DNA from: Anthoceros angustus
Lineage: Eukaryota; Plantae; Anthocerotophyta
Reading direction: 5' to 3'
Length of the DNA: 64,000 nucleotides
Assembly (NCBI GenBank): GCA_010909165.1
Contig: MU008168.1
Coordinates: 310,001-374,000 of the forward strand
Part shown: positions 13,780-26,300 of the stretch, one piece after another
Layout of the letters: the number at the start of each line of letters is the position of its first letter
Numbering within the stretch: position 1 is the first letter of the stretch
Position numbers and translations under genes: made by a program
The notes under the pieces: generated by a model
Database searches by the model: none
The model's input: only the letters and a program-made list of their open reading frames with translations
What the model was told of the DNA's origin: nothing

Positions 13780-16700
13780 AAATTTTCTTTCAATGACTTG
13801 GAATGGCAGCAATCCTCATACAAGCATCCATCTTGTCCTAGCCAAGACAAACAACGACAGGTAGCTTACATCCCTTGGACCAGAGTGCAGGATTTCATAG
13901 AGGGCATGAACTCATTGCCACATGCTCCTACAAATTATTACAAGGCATCTCGTAGAGGGCCGGCCAGCAATACTTCAGCAGTAAGTTGTCTGAAGCTAGA
14001 TGCAGCCATTGTCACAACACGGTATGTATGGACCCTAAGGATTCAATCCGTTTACTTTCTGCTTGTTGGTATCATTGAAAGATTTCATCTTCAGTGGTTT
14101 GCTTGCAGTTATTGGTGTGGATATGGGCCACAGGACTTGCGGAATGTTCCCATGCCTCCACCACATACATGGAGGGTGAGAAGAAGCGTAGACGGTCTTG
14201 GATTGCTAATGGTGAAAGCATCAAACACGCAACAGCTTCGTTTGCCATTACGCGATTCTGAAGATGGCGATGGTGCTCAAGTATCATTATACGAAACTAT
14301 GCACGTGGATGTTTCCAGAAGAGTGTGTCATGGCCCAGAGTACGTAGGCATGCCAAGAGATGTCAGGGCTCCTCACTTGAGTCTTGTGAAGGCATGGGTG
14401 AAACATGGTTTATCGTAATGTTTCTATGTCGAGATTCTTAGGCGACACGGAGGCGGTGAGCGAAATGTTGTGGGCTTTCAACAAGCTTGGAGCATGAGTC
14501 ACAGTATGTCCAGGTTAGAGATGATTTCTTGACACGTGCAGACATTGACAATCTTGCCGTCGACTTGCAAGGTACAGTGTGGAAACATCATCAGGATGAC
14601 AATATTAGTGTGGGTATATGGATGCGGCTCAATGCTGCATTTGTGTTTCACAAGTCCACTGCTGATCAGTCGTTTTGTTTGGGGATTCAGACCCGTTCAT
14701 GCTTCAGACCTGTTTGACACATGGTAAGAATAATGTGCTCGGGATTGATTCCACGTTTAGTGTAAACTAGTACAAGTACCAGCTCTTCACAATTATGGCT
14801 TTCGACCTTCACATGAATGGTATTCCGGTAGCATGGGTTTTTGCAAAGGACGGTACAAGTGACACCATAGCCAGGTGGTTGACATCTTTTCATGAGGTTC
14901 TGTTAAGTATGAATGCAACTTGGTTGCCCTACGCAATATTGGTTGATGATTGTCCAGCTGAGATTGTTGCAATTCAAAAGGTTTACAATTACAGTGTTCC
15001 TGTTCTACTTTGCCTCTGGCATGTGCGTCGTGCTTGGCTCCGTAATCTTATTAAGAAAGTCCAAAGCAGGTAGACAAGGAAGCCATATGGCGAATTGCTC
15101 AAGTAACATTATACTAAACTATGCACGTGGATGTTTCGGAAGAGTGTCATGGCCCAGAGTACGTAGGCATGCCAAGAGATGTCGTGGCTCCTCACTTGAG
15201 TGCCGACAAGAAGGCATGGGTGAAACATATCGTGTAATGTTTATGTCGAGATTCTTAGACGACACCAGAGCGTGCGAAATGTTGTGGGCTTTCAACAAGC
15301 TTGGAGCATGAGTCACGGTATGTGGTTAGAGATGATTTCTTGACACGCAGACATTGACAATCTTGCCGACTTGCAAGGTACAAGGTGGAAACATCATCGA
15401 TGACAATATTAGTGTGGTATATGGATGCGGCTCAATCGCATTTGTGTTTCACAAGTCCACGATCGATCGTTTGTTTGGGGATTCGCACCGCTCATGCTTC
15501 GCACTGCTTGACACATGGTAAGAATAATGTGCTCGGATTGATTCCACGTTTGGTGTAAACCAGTACAAGTACCAGCTCTTCACAATTATGGCTTTCGACC
15601 TTCACATGAATGGTATTCCAGTAGCATGGGTTTTGGCAAAGGACGGTACAAGTGACACCATAGCCGTGTGGTTGACATCTTTTCATGAGGTTCTCATAAG
15701 GATGCAACTTGGTTGCCTCGCAATATTGGTTGATGATTGTGCAGAGATTGTTGCAATTCAAAAGGTTTACAATTACAGTGTTCCTGTTCTACTTTGCCTC
15801 TGGCATGTGCGTCGTGCTTGGCTCCGTAATCTTATTAAGAAAGTCCAAAACAGGGTAGACAAGGAAGCCATATAGCAGGAATTAGGTGAACTGATGTACA
15901 TCAAGGGCTCCAGCACATCAATTCGAGATACAATTCGAGAGAGTGAGCAGTTGCTATTTTCCTTCTATGCCAAGTAGGAGAAACGGCAACCCGCGTTCGT
16001 GGGATATTTCAGAACAACCTGGGGTGCACAACTAGGTTAGTCCATATCTCCAGCCTTGTATTCTCCCTTTTCAAGCTTGTGCACATACACATCTTCGCAA
16101 GGCCTGTTTTGATTGCAGGCATGTTCATAAAAAAATGCCCGCATGCTTGCAGGGGCAATCGTGCTCTGCTATAGAGGCATGGCATCGGTTTTTAAGGAGA
16201 AACTTAGTCTTACGAGGGCATCTCTTGCTGGCAGACAAGTAGACTGGCTGTTACATCAATTGTGCTTCGTAATTGCGTCCCATTATTGGTATGTGAACCA
16301 TTGCAAAGGAGGGTATGTGGTTAACACAGCCGAGGAGAAACTGGTGCACACTGCAATAGATGGGGCAACTCTGATTGAGAATGATAATGTTACTTTGCCT
16401 TCCCCACCTTGTACCACAGCTTTATGCAGGAGTTCAACAGATGCCCATGTGACATATACAATTGAGAATGCAGATTCCATGTGGGCTATATGTGAGTGTG
16501 CTCAAGGGAGGAAAGGCTTTATTTGTAAACACATCGTGAAAGTGCAGGATATGCTTGGAGTGCTCTCATACACACTCCGGATGAAGCGTCGATGTCTGAC
16601 AGAAAGATGGTGCAGTAATTCGAGAGAGTGAGCGGTTGCTATTTTCCTTCTATGCCAAGTGGGAGAAAGCGGCAACCCGCGTCAGGCTATTTCAACAACT

Positions 16701-17686
16701 GGGTGCACAACTAGGTTAGTCCATATCTCCAGCCTCGTATTCTCCCTTTTCAAGCTTGTGCACATACACATCTTCACAAGGCCTGTTTTGATTGCAGGCA
16801 TGTTCATAAAAAATGCCCGCATGCTTCCGCATGCAGGGCAATACTGTGCCTCTGCTATAGAGGCATGGCATCGGTTTTTTAAGGAGAAACTTAGTCTTAC
16901 GAGGGCATCTCTTGCTGGCAGACAAGTAGACTGGCTGTTACATCAATTGTGCTTCGTAATTGCGTCCCATTATTGGTATGTGAACCATTGCAAAGAAGGA
17001 GGGTATGTGGTTAACACAGCCGAGGAGGTGCACCTGCTTGCAATAGATGGGGCAACTCGATTGAGAATGATAATGTTACTTTGCCTTCCCACCTTGTACC
17101 ACTTTATGGAGTTCAGCAGATGCCCATGTGACATATACAATTGAGAATCTGATTCCATGTGGGCTACATGTGAGTGTGCTCAAGGGAGGAAAGGCTTTAT
17201 TTGTAAACACATCGTGAAAGTGCAGATATGCTTGGAGTGCTCTCATACACTCCGGATGAAGCGTCGATGACAGATAGTGCAGTAATTCGAGAGCTGTGAC
17301 TCTTGCTTTATGTGATAATAGAGAACAGGTGATGGAAAGCGTTCCGTGCAACCTGCAACCCGCTGTGGAGGGTGTTTTATGTAATGAAAGCGGAACACAA
17401 GATCAGATTCGCTTCCTGGAACAAGATTGCAATGCTATTGTGAATTTGATGCACAAGAATAAGGAAGTCATGGGGGATGCAGCACTTTTGGTGAAACGTA
17501 CACTCATGGATGTCCAGCGTTTGATTGCATATGAGCAGGAAATGCCTGCAGCACGGCAGCCTCTTCAAGCATTTACCTGGTGACGAGGGAGACAACAACA
17601 TCGTCAGGACTAAGCCATTCTTCTCACCACCGAAGAAAAAGAAGAAGAGGGTGACTTGGAAGTTATCAGCAGACAAAGAAAACTAG
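13780..17686 (+). pseudogene. MULE DDE transposase with SWIM zinc finger (At4g13970/At1g60560-like family); frameshifted and duplicated in this assembly, start uncertain
   Basis: Motifs FSFNDLEW, AYIPWTRVQDFIEG, YWCGYGPQD, HVD..CHGP, RDDFLT, FCLGIQT, IDSTF, GIPVAW, LVDD, CLWHVRRAW, SAIEAWH and SWIM CECxxGxxGFICKH. Confidence 0.85.
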
Positions 17687-17830
17687 CGTAAGTGTAGGTG
17701 CGATGTAGGTGCCAGTAATGTCTCCCTTTAGATGTTTTGACCAATGCTGCAATTAATCAAAAACTCAGTCTTGGTGATCGTCCTCTCCGCTCGTCTTGGT
17801 GATCCTCCTCTGCGCTTGCCTCAGTGCGTC

Positions 17831-20800
17831 TGTGGCGCGACTTTCGCTGATGGCCAGCCGGGCGCGCACAATCCCGTGTCGTTGTAGGAAGAAGTCCGTT
17901 CCCAAGGGAATGATAGGCTCCGTTTACCGCGTTTCAGGTGATTCCTACCGCACTTAGCGCTCGTTCAGTCTCAACGCACACATACTCCTAACTACTCACA
18001 ACGTTCACCGTACAGGCCCGGTATGGCCAAACGTTTAGGGACCCGTTCGCGTCCGTATCGTTCACATACATCCCTCACGCATCGATCCTTTCCTCTCCTC
18101 TCACGCTACACTCTTGATCTTAGAAAAAGCGGGTTCTGTGATCCGGACCTCCTCCGCCTCCTCCGCTGCTCCGGCCTCTCCGTCCGGGCTCTACACGCCC
18201 GAGTTCCTCCGGCTCACGTTCAGTCAGTTCGGTCGGACTTGGTCCGGACCTCGGTCCGGACAAAGTCGGACTCACGCCCACCCTTCCTGCACACACCACA
18301 GCGTTAAGTCCGTCACGGACCTTGATCAATCTCCCGGAGGCGCCTTTCGGTGACTCGGGACTCACGTTAGCAAGAAGACTCACAAAGGTCTCGCAAGAAC
18401 GCGCATCAACACCAAGAGAAAGATGCTTTACTAGGCTCGGCCCTCTTATCTGCGCCCAAGGTGGCGTCTTTATTACACCCCTATTACGGGCGTGCTCGGT
18501 ATACCTAATCGCCGCCTACCATCCTATTTCCCCTATCTCCTTCGCCGTGGTGGGAAGGTCACAGGCCCGCCTCGGAATGGGTGGTCAATCCCGCGGTTGT
18601 GGTGCACCCAATCGGATGATCCGTGAGGCGGGCCCCTCCTCTCCGGAATCACAGCCGGGTTGGGCTCGTGATCGACAACCGCCGTTACCACGGCGTCATC
18701 CTCCTCGGCCTCCCCAGGTCCTTGGCGGTGGGGCCACCACTATCGGCTCCCTAGCGTAAGTCGAAGGGGCTCCTCCTTCTTGCCGCCGGTCCTCGAGGTC
18801 TGTCTCGACTCCGAACTTGAGTCGGACTTATTACGGGTCCGGACTTGAGTCCGGCTAGGTCCGACCTTGTCTGGGTCCGGACCTCGGTCCGGACCTCGGT
18901 CCGGACTTGAGTCGGACTTATTAGTCCGGACTTGAGTCGGACTTATTCTGGTCCGGACTTGAGTCCGGCCTCCTCGGTCCTTCGCCGGTGGGGCCACCAC
19001 CATTCGCTCCCCTAGCGTAAGTCGGGGCTCCTCCTCCGCCGCCTCCTCGGTCCTCGAGGTCTGTCTCGACTCGAACTCGAGTCCGCTTATTTCGGTCCGC
19101 CGGCTAGGTCCGACCTTGTCTGGGGTCCGGACCTCGTGGTCCGGACTTATTACGGGTCCGGACTGTGGTCCGGACTTATTACGGGTCCGGACTTGTGGTC
19201 CGGACAAAGTCCGACTCGGTCCGGACTGTGGTCCGGCCTCCGGGTCCGGACAAAGTCCGGACTCACGCCCACCGGGTTTCCTCCTCACGGGACTCCTCCG
19301 TGGCTCTCCTCAAGTCCTCCAGTTCCCGATCGCCGTGGCTCTCCCTCGAAGTCCTCCATCTCCTCCTTCCTCGATCCGAGCGAGGGACTCCGCCTTGGCC
19401 TCCTCCTTCCATGGTGAGGTGCGGGTGCTTACCTCGATCGCATCCGCCTCCCTCGTTCTCCTCCTCCGGTTGCTCCTCTCCGCGCTCCGTCATCTCAAGC
19501 AGGGCCACTAGGGTCCTGTCTTTGTCCCGTGGCCTTCATCTCCTTGAGCCTTCCGGTCCGTCGTTTCCTCCTCACGGACTCCTCCGCCTTCGGGAGCTCG
19601 GCGTGGTAATAGGCAAAGTCAGATCGACTTGTTGAATTGCCTCTTCCACGTGTGCGGGCACCGATACTCCCTCGCCATAAGTGTTGGGGAGGCGTCTTTG
19701 CCCGGCTTGTTGGGCCACCTCTCTGCCCGGTTGTGGTGGGCAGGTATCACGCGAGGCTACAAGGCGGCCTCGGTCACCTCCTGCGGTGCAGTTGCTCCAC
19801 TGCTCCGGCTCCGTCGTTTCCTCTCCATTGCCCGGCTTGTTGGGCCACCTCTCCTGCCCGGTTGTGTGGGTATCAGCGAGGCTACAAGGCGGCCTCGGTC
19901 ACCTCCTGCTCCTTCCGCCTCTTGGCCTCCATCTCCTCCTCCGGCTCCGTCGTTTCCTCTCCATTGCCACTTACCGCCATAGCGCGGCGTTCCCTTCCGC
20001 CTTTCTCGGTGGACGGCTTCTTTTACGCTTCCGGTGCTCGCGCTCCTCCGTTCATTACGGCCTTTAGCTCCGACTCCCTCTCAGTGGTCGGATACCTCCG
20101 TCCGACTCGGACTTCCTCCGGCTCATACATGGCACAGCGTCCAACTCCTTGGATAGTCGCGATTTTCCTCCGTCTTGAGGAGCTGGGCTCTCGTGCTCGA
20201 GTCGTGGATTCTCTCGTTGAGAATCACTGCTCCGACGCATCTTGGGTTGTAGCTCCAGTGTCCTTCATCCTCCATCTGCTGCGCCTCTCCTCTACTTCCT
20301 GCGGTGTACTCGGAGATCTCCTATCTCCCGAGTCTTGGCCTCCATCTCCTCCTCCGGTGGCCTCCATCTCGCCGCCTTTGTGCGGCCTTGAGTTAGCCTC
20401 ATGCTGACTCTCCACGGTTCGATCACGTCATGGTGATCCGGTCGCTCTCTTCCCTTCGCCTCCTTCCGCCTTTACAGGCCTCGCCCACTTGGCGCCGCCT
20501 AGCCGGCCGCCTCCGCCAGTCCCGAGCTCTCTGCTTGTGCCGGGCCTCTTCCGCCTCTGCTGCGCTTCCCTTCGCAAGGTCCTCCGCCCGCTTGGCCTCT
20601 GAGCTTGCCCCGGTGACGGTGAAGAACCTTAACCAGTCTGCTTGAACGCCGGGCCTCGCGCTCCGCCACCGGCGTTCCCTTCCTCGATCCGGCGAGGGAC
20701 TCCGCCTTTTCCTTTGCCCCTCGGCCGCCTTCACTTGCTCTTGGGTTCCACCATCCTCCTCGGGTGGCCTCCACTTCACAGGTCTTCTCCTGTACCACGA

Positions 20801-23323
20801 GACCCCAAAGCATTCCGTCCATGGCGGTAGCGGACTTCGCCGTGTTTCTTCCACGGCCGGTGAGGCCCCCACAAAGTCCGTAGTGGGAGCCGGCATTTCT
20901 CGATCCGAGGACCTCCATACCGATCGAGTAAGTCGGTGGGTTCTCGGACCTAATCGGGACCCTCGGTCACAGTGGTGAGGTCCGAGTCTCACCCTCTTGG
21001 CCTCTTGGCCTCTAACTCCTTGGCCCGGCCTCTTCCTCCTTCCGCCTCTTCCGCCTCTTCCTCACCGAAGGTCCTCCGCCCGCTTGGCCTCTGAGCTTGT
21101 TTCACTGTCAGAACCTTGGCCCGGCCCCGAACCGCCTCGGCCCGCCACCCGGCGCTTCCTTCCTCGATCCGAGCGAGGGACTCCGCCTTTTCCTTTGCCT
21201 CGGCCGCCTTCACTTGCTCTTGAGTTCCACCATCCTCCTCCGGTGGCCTCCACTTCGGGTCTTCTCCACTGCACACGAGACCCCAAAGCATTCCGTCCAT
21301 GACGGTAGTGACTCGCCGTGTTTCTTCCACGGCCGCCGCTGGTGAGGCCCCCACAAAGTCCGTAGTGGGAGCCGGCATTTCTCGGTCCGCCAAGGACCTC
21401 CATACCGCAGCCCCGAGTAAGTCCGACTGGGTTCTCGGACCTAATCAGACCTCAGTCCCGAGTGGTGAGGTCCGAGTCTCACCCTCTTGGCCCTCTTGGC
21501 CTCTAACTCCTTTGTGCCCTCTTTCTCACAGGGCTCGGAGGAGGTGAGGGGTCGGGAGCAAGCTCTTTTGCCCCTTCACAGCCGGGGGACCGGCTCGAGG
21601 TGGGGCTGCGCGGTGACCTCCTGCTCCTTGGGCCACGTCCCCTGCCCTCCTTACGCCTCTTGACCTCTTGCCACTCCGTGGCGGGGTAAGTCCGGCACCT
21701 TGAGGTCTTTGCGTTGGTAAGCGGCACCGTCTTCCGCCTCTTGCTCCCGTTGAGTTCGTCGGGGCTCGGCGGCCGTCGTGGTTGTTGGGCCACCTCTCCG
21801 CCTTTTCCTTTGCCCCTCGGCCGCCTCCTCCTCCGGTGGCCTCCATCTGCTGCCCTCCTTCCGCCTTTCTCACAGGGCTCGGAGGGCACCAAAAGGAGGA
21901 AGGGGAATCGCCTCCCAAACTTCCACAGGTGGTGAGGGGTTCGCTCCGGCGTATGGAGTCAGGAATCCTCGATCGTCCTCCTCCGAGTCGCTTGGTCTTG
22001 AAGGGCGACCCCCACCTCAGGCGCCCTTGCACGCTCTACTTGGCGGGGCCTCCGGCTCCTTAGGCGCCCGCTCAAGCTCTCCCTCCTTGAGCTCGAAATG
22101 TCCCCATACATGAATCGGGTATGGGGTCACCGATGGCGAGGCTTCTCGCTCCTTAGCTTGCGTGCCTGGGAACCGGCGAAGATAATCCTTCCCGGTCGCT
22201 CTCTTCCCATGGGCGCATGCGAGAATACCAGCAGGTTATCACCAAGGTGATCCACCTTGGTGAGTTCAATGGACAATGATCCGGGCTACCGCCCTTACTC
22301 GATCCGGCGGATCGGATATCAACCATCCGTTGGTTGTCCGCTGCGTTCGAGCCTCGGCGTGCCATGGCCTATCTTCCCTTCGCCTTAAGGGGCTCGCACC
22401 ACGCCCCTTCTTCCTCCTCCGGGCGGTTGTAGGCCATCCTCGGGACCTCAAGGTCCATCGCCTCGGGTCCTCCGGAGGTTCTTGGATCGGACCTCCTTGT
22501 TGATCGCCGCCGGCATCTTCGGGCAAACTCCGGACTAGAGCGTTGAAGGTCAGACCATTTGGAACACGTCCGGATGCCATTCCCCACCAATTCCTGCTTC
22601 CTCCGGCCCGGGCCCGAAGTCCGGATAGCGCGGGTCACAATGTTGCGCTCCACGAGGGTCCATGGCTCCCAGACTTCGTCGGCTTTTGGGTGCCATTGCT
22701 TCCTCCTCTTGTTCTTTGTAGGCTGGCCGAGTCCGGCACGATGTTCCTCGCCGCGTTGTTGCTCCAACCTTGGTGAGCGCTCTGGGGCGCCCAAAAGATA
22801 GCGCCAGAGAGCCGGATTGCGGGCGCAAGGCTGTGAGGATTATGCGGGCTGTGAGCCACCTCCCTCCTTGGCGCTTGTGGAAGTAATCAGCGGAAGGCGC
22901 CTCTTCGTTGTCCGTAGCGCGAGTGCATGGCTTACTCGACCCTCGCTTCCGCTTACTGCGGCCTTACGCGCCGCGCGCGGGCGTGAATACTGCCTGCGGC
23001 AAGGTTACGGTCTGACCTCGCATGCCCGACCTCCACTCGGGGCCGTCCACGTGGCGCCGCCTGCATCCTCACGCCTCCGCTCCTAGGTTACTTTCCTGGC
23101 GTACTTATCCTGTTTTGACACAGGTGGGTTCGGACTTATCCGTTACTCGGCGTAGTCCGAGCTTGCCATAGTGGTACCGGGGTCCGTTGTTCACTCCAGT
23201 CGGAGTATACTCGAGCCTCGTCCGGCGCTACCCCAATTTATTCCTCCTTTTCGCCTTATTTATCCTTCAATCCTAAAAAGCGAAACCCTACTTATTTCTT
23301 AACTCCCGAGTGCATAGCCCACA
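17831..23323 (-). repeat. 3' LTR (~5.5 kb as assembled)
   Basis: Its left end matches the PBS-adjacent end at 31861 and 33198 (TGTGGCG..). Its right end matches 42240-42307 (CGAAACCCTACTTATTTCTTAACTC..TGCATAGCCC) and abuts the PPT. Confidence 0.8.
18830..19262. repeat. Minisatellite array of the GTCCGGAC(TT) palindrome within the LTR
   Basis: Many GTCCGGACTT/GTCGGACTT units. Equivalent arrays occur at ~34115-34405, 34685-34855, 35645-35818, 37235-37400 and 38803-38968. Confidence 0.85.
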
Positions 23324-23338
23324 TACTCCCTTCTCATC
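23324..23338 (-). other. Polypurine tract
   Basis: Minus-strand GATGAGAAGGGAGTA lies between the integrase stop (23357) and the LTR start TG. Confidence 0.7.
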
Positions 23339-23356
23339 ATTGGCGTCTCGCCAACA

Positions 23357-26300
23357 CTAAGCATGATACTTCTTCACCGCCACCCGCTCACCCGAGTGGG
23401 CAGCGACTCTCCATCTAGGCCGTGTGGGCGGACCCGTTGTCATATACTTGCACCACTTGGTACGGACCCATCCATCTCGGTGAAGTTTGCACGGAAAATG
23501 CATGTAACGACTATCATAAAGGAGGGCCAGGTCCCCCCCCTTTACATACTCCTGATTCCGCAGTCGGCGATCGTGCCAAATCTTTATTTGGTTTTGCACC
23601 AATCGCATCTTCACCGAGCTTCTTCCCCATCCTCGTGTCTTTGAACAAACCCCAAGAGTCGCTCCAGCTGGCTTTCCTCCTCTGTCAGTCTCCCTTCCAT
23701 CATTACTCGAAAAGTGGGCACTTCAAACTCCGGCATTACGGAGAGTGTCGTAGGTCAAGTAAGGGTCCGTTGTGTGGTCACCTTCTTGTCGAGCATAGTG
23801 CGGATGGACTTAGCCAGTCATGGGCGTAGTTCACTGAGTTTATTCGAGATCCTGCGGATGAGCCCATTTGTCTTCTCTGCCCCATTGGCCTTAGGATTGT
23901 AGGGTGCCGTCTTGCGATGATTGATGCGAAATACTCCGTCATGGCGGCCACCACATCATTAAGGAAATGGGTTCCCCTATCACTTACCAAGCTGCGGACA
24001 TCCGTGCGGGTTATGATGTTCTCGTCGAATTTGGCCACGGTTTTGCGAGTCCGTTCTTGTCGCCCGCCTCTACCCACAGTGCGATGTTGCCACCGGGATG
24101 TATCTCCTTGTGTGTGTCTTGTCGTGGTATAGGTCCAACAAAGTCAATACCCCACTTTTGAAGGTGCGGTGCCAATATCGGTACTAGCGGCCACCGTGTC
24201 GTCGGGGTTGGCTTTCCGATCCGACAAGCATCACACTTCTTCCTAAGCGGTGGGTGTCCCCATACATTGTTGGCCACGGTATCCGCTTCAAAATCTTTTG
24301 GTGGTGACTGTCTTTGCGTAGTGTCCTCCCCAATCCTTCGTGCATTCCCACGGCCGCTCTCTGGGTTGAAGTACCTTCGTTCTACTCCGTCAGGCCCTAA
24401 TTTGAACACACACCGTTGTACATTACGAAGGGTCGAGCATAGTGCGAATGCCTCCCTCATCCACAGTCGATTTTCGGAAGCTCCATTCCCAGGTACCGCT
24501 CTATTTCTTCGTGGGTCGGACGGCGGACCCTCCCTTCTCCGCTAAGGCTGCCGTTCTGTAGCTTGGGGTTGTCATGGGCTCCTCGGTTGTACTTTTCTGC
24601 GGCAACCAATGTCTCATCCAGGAGCGCATCTTCGATCTCTCAACACCGCCTGTTTTCAATCGTGATGAAATGCATTTTGGTCTTGCCTCCCTTGTCTTGT
24701 TTCCACTTGACGTGAACTCCTGCGGCAACAATATCCACCTTGCTATCCGTCCGGACGGTCCGCCTTATTCACCGGATGCTTGACAAAGTGGTCTACATAG
24801 AACACAAACTCCTTTGGGTAGCGGTAGTGTCGAATTTCTTGACAAGATATACCATACCCGGTGCTTGGCTTCTGGTTGTGTATTTTCGTTCGCGTGGGTG
24901 AGTCGTCCGGTAGTATACGGGATAATCCCGCTTGTCGTCCTTCCGCTCAAGACTACTCCGATAGCAAAGCGGACATCCGTGCGGGTTATGATGTTCTCGC
25001 AGTGAATTTGGCCACGTGTTTGCGAGTCCGTTCTTGTCGCCACCGCCTCTACCCACAGTGCGAGTCCGCTGCCACCGTGATGTATCTCCTTTGTGTGTGT
25101 CTTGTCGAGGTCAGATAGGTCCAACAAAGTCAATACCCCACTTTTCGAAAGGTGCCAGTGCCAATATCGGTACTAGCGGCCACTGTGTCGTCGGGGTTGG
25201 CTTTCCGATCCGCTGACAAGCATCACACTTCTTCACAAACTGGTGGGTGTCCCCATACATTGTTGGCCACCAGTATCCCGCTTCCAAAATCTTTTTGGTG
25301 GTGACTGCGTAGTGTCCTCCCCAATCCTTCGTGCATTCCCTGACGACCGCCTCCTGCCTCGCCGGCAAGTACCTTCGTTCTACTCCGTCCGCCCTAATTT
25401 GAACACACACCGTTGTACATTCTCAAGGGTCGAGCATAGTGCACGAATGCCTCCTCCGCCACGAGTCGATTTTCGGAAGCTCCATTCCCAGGTACCGCTC
25501 TATTTCTTCGTGGGTCGGACGGCGGACCCTCCCTTCTCCGCTAAGGCCGCTCGTAGCTTGGGGTTCGTCGGTGGGCTCCTCCGGTTGTACTGCAACCAAT
25601 GTCTCATCCGGAACGCATCTTCCCGATCTCTCAACACCGCCTGCTTTTCAATCGTGACAGAAATCGCATTTTGGTGCGCCTCCCTTGTCTTGTTTCCACT
25701 TCAACGTGAACTCCTGCAGCAACAATATCCACCTTGCTATCCGTCCGACAGTCCGCCTTATTCACCGGATGCTTGAGCAAAGTGGTCTACATAGAACACA
25801 AACTCACCGGGTAGGTAGTGTCGAATTTCTTGACAAGATATACCATACCCAAGGCTTGGCCTCTGTAGTTGTGTATTTTCGTTCGCGTGGGTGAGCCGCC
25901 GTAGTATACGGATAATCCCGCTTGTCGTCCTTCCGCTCAAGACTACTCCGATAGCAAAGCGGACACATCTACATACACATGAAATTTCTGCTCGATCCGG
26001 TCCTCTTAGAACCGTGCGCTTACCAAGGTGTTACGTAAATCCGAAGGCCTCCTCTCGCTCCACCGGGTCCAAACCTCCTCCTTCATGATGGTTACATCAA
26101 CTTAGCGCCCTCTTCGCAAAGTCCTTAATAAACCGGTAGTATCCCACCATTCGAAACCTCTCGGCTCCTTTAGGTTCGTTAATTTGGAGAATGGATGACC
26201 GGACCTTGTCTGGTCCACCTCGATTCACCGATGCAACAAAGTGGTCTACATAGAACACAAACTCACCGGTAGTAGGTAGTGTCGAATTTCTTGACAAGAT

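Noticed and set aside
18830-19262. CRISPR array from GTCCGGAC repeats
   Set aside because: The units are ~10 bp with no unique spacers, so this is an LTR minisatellite.
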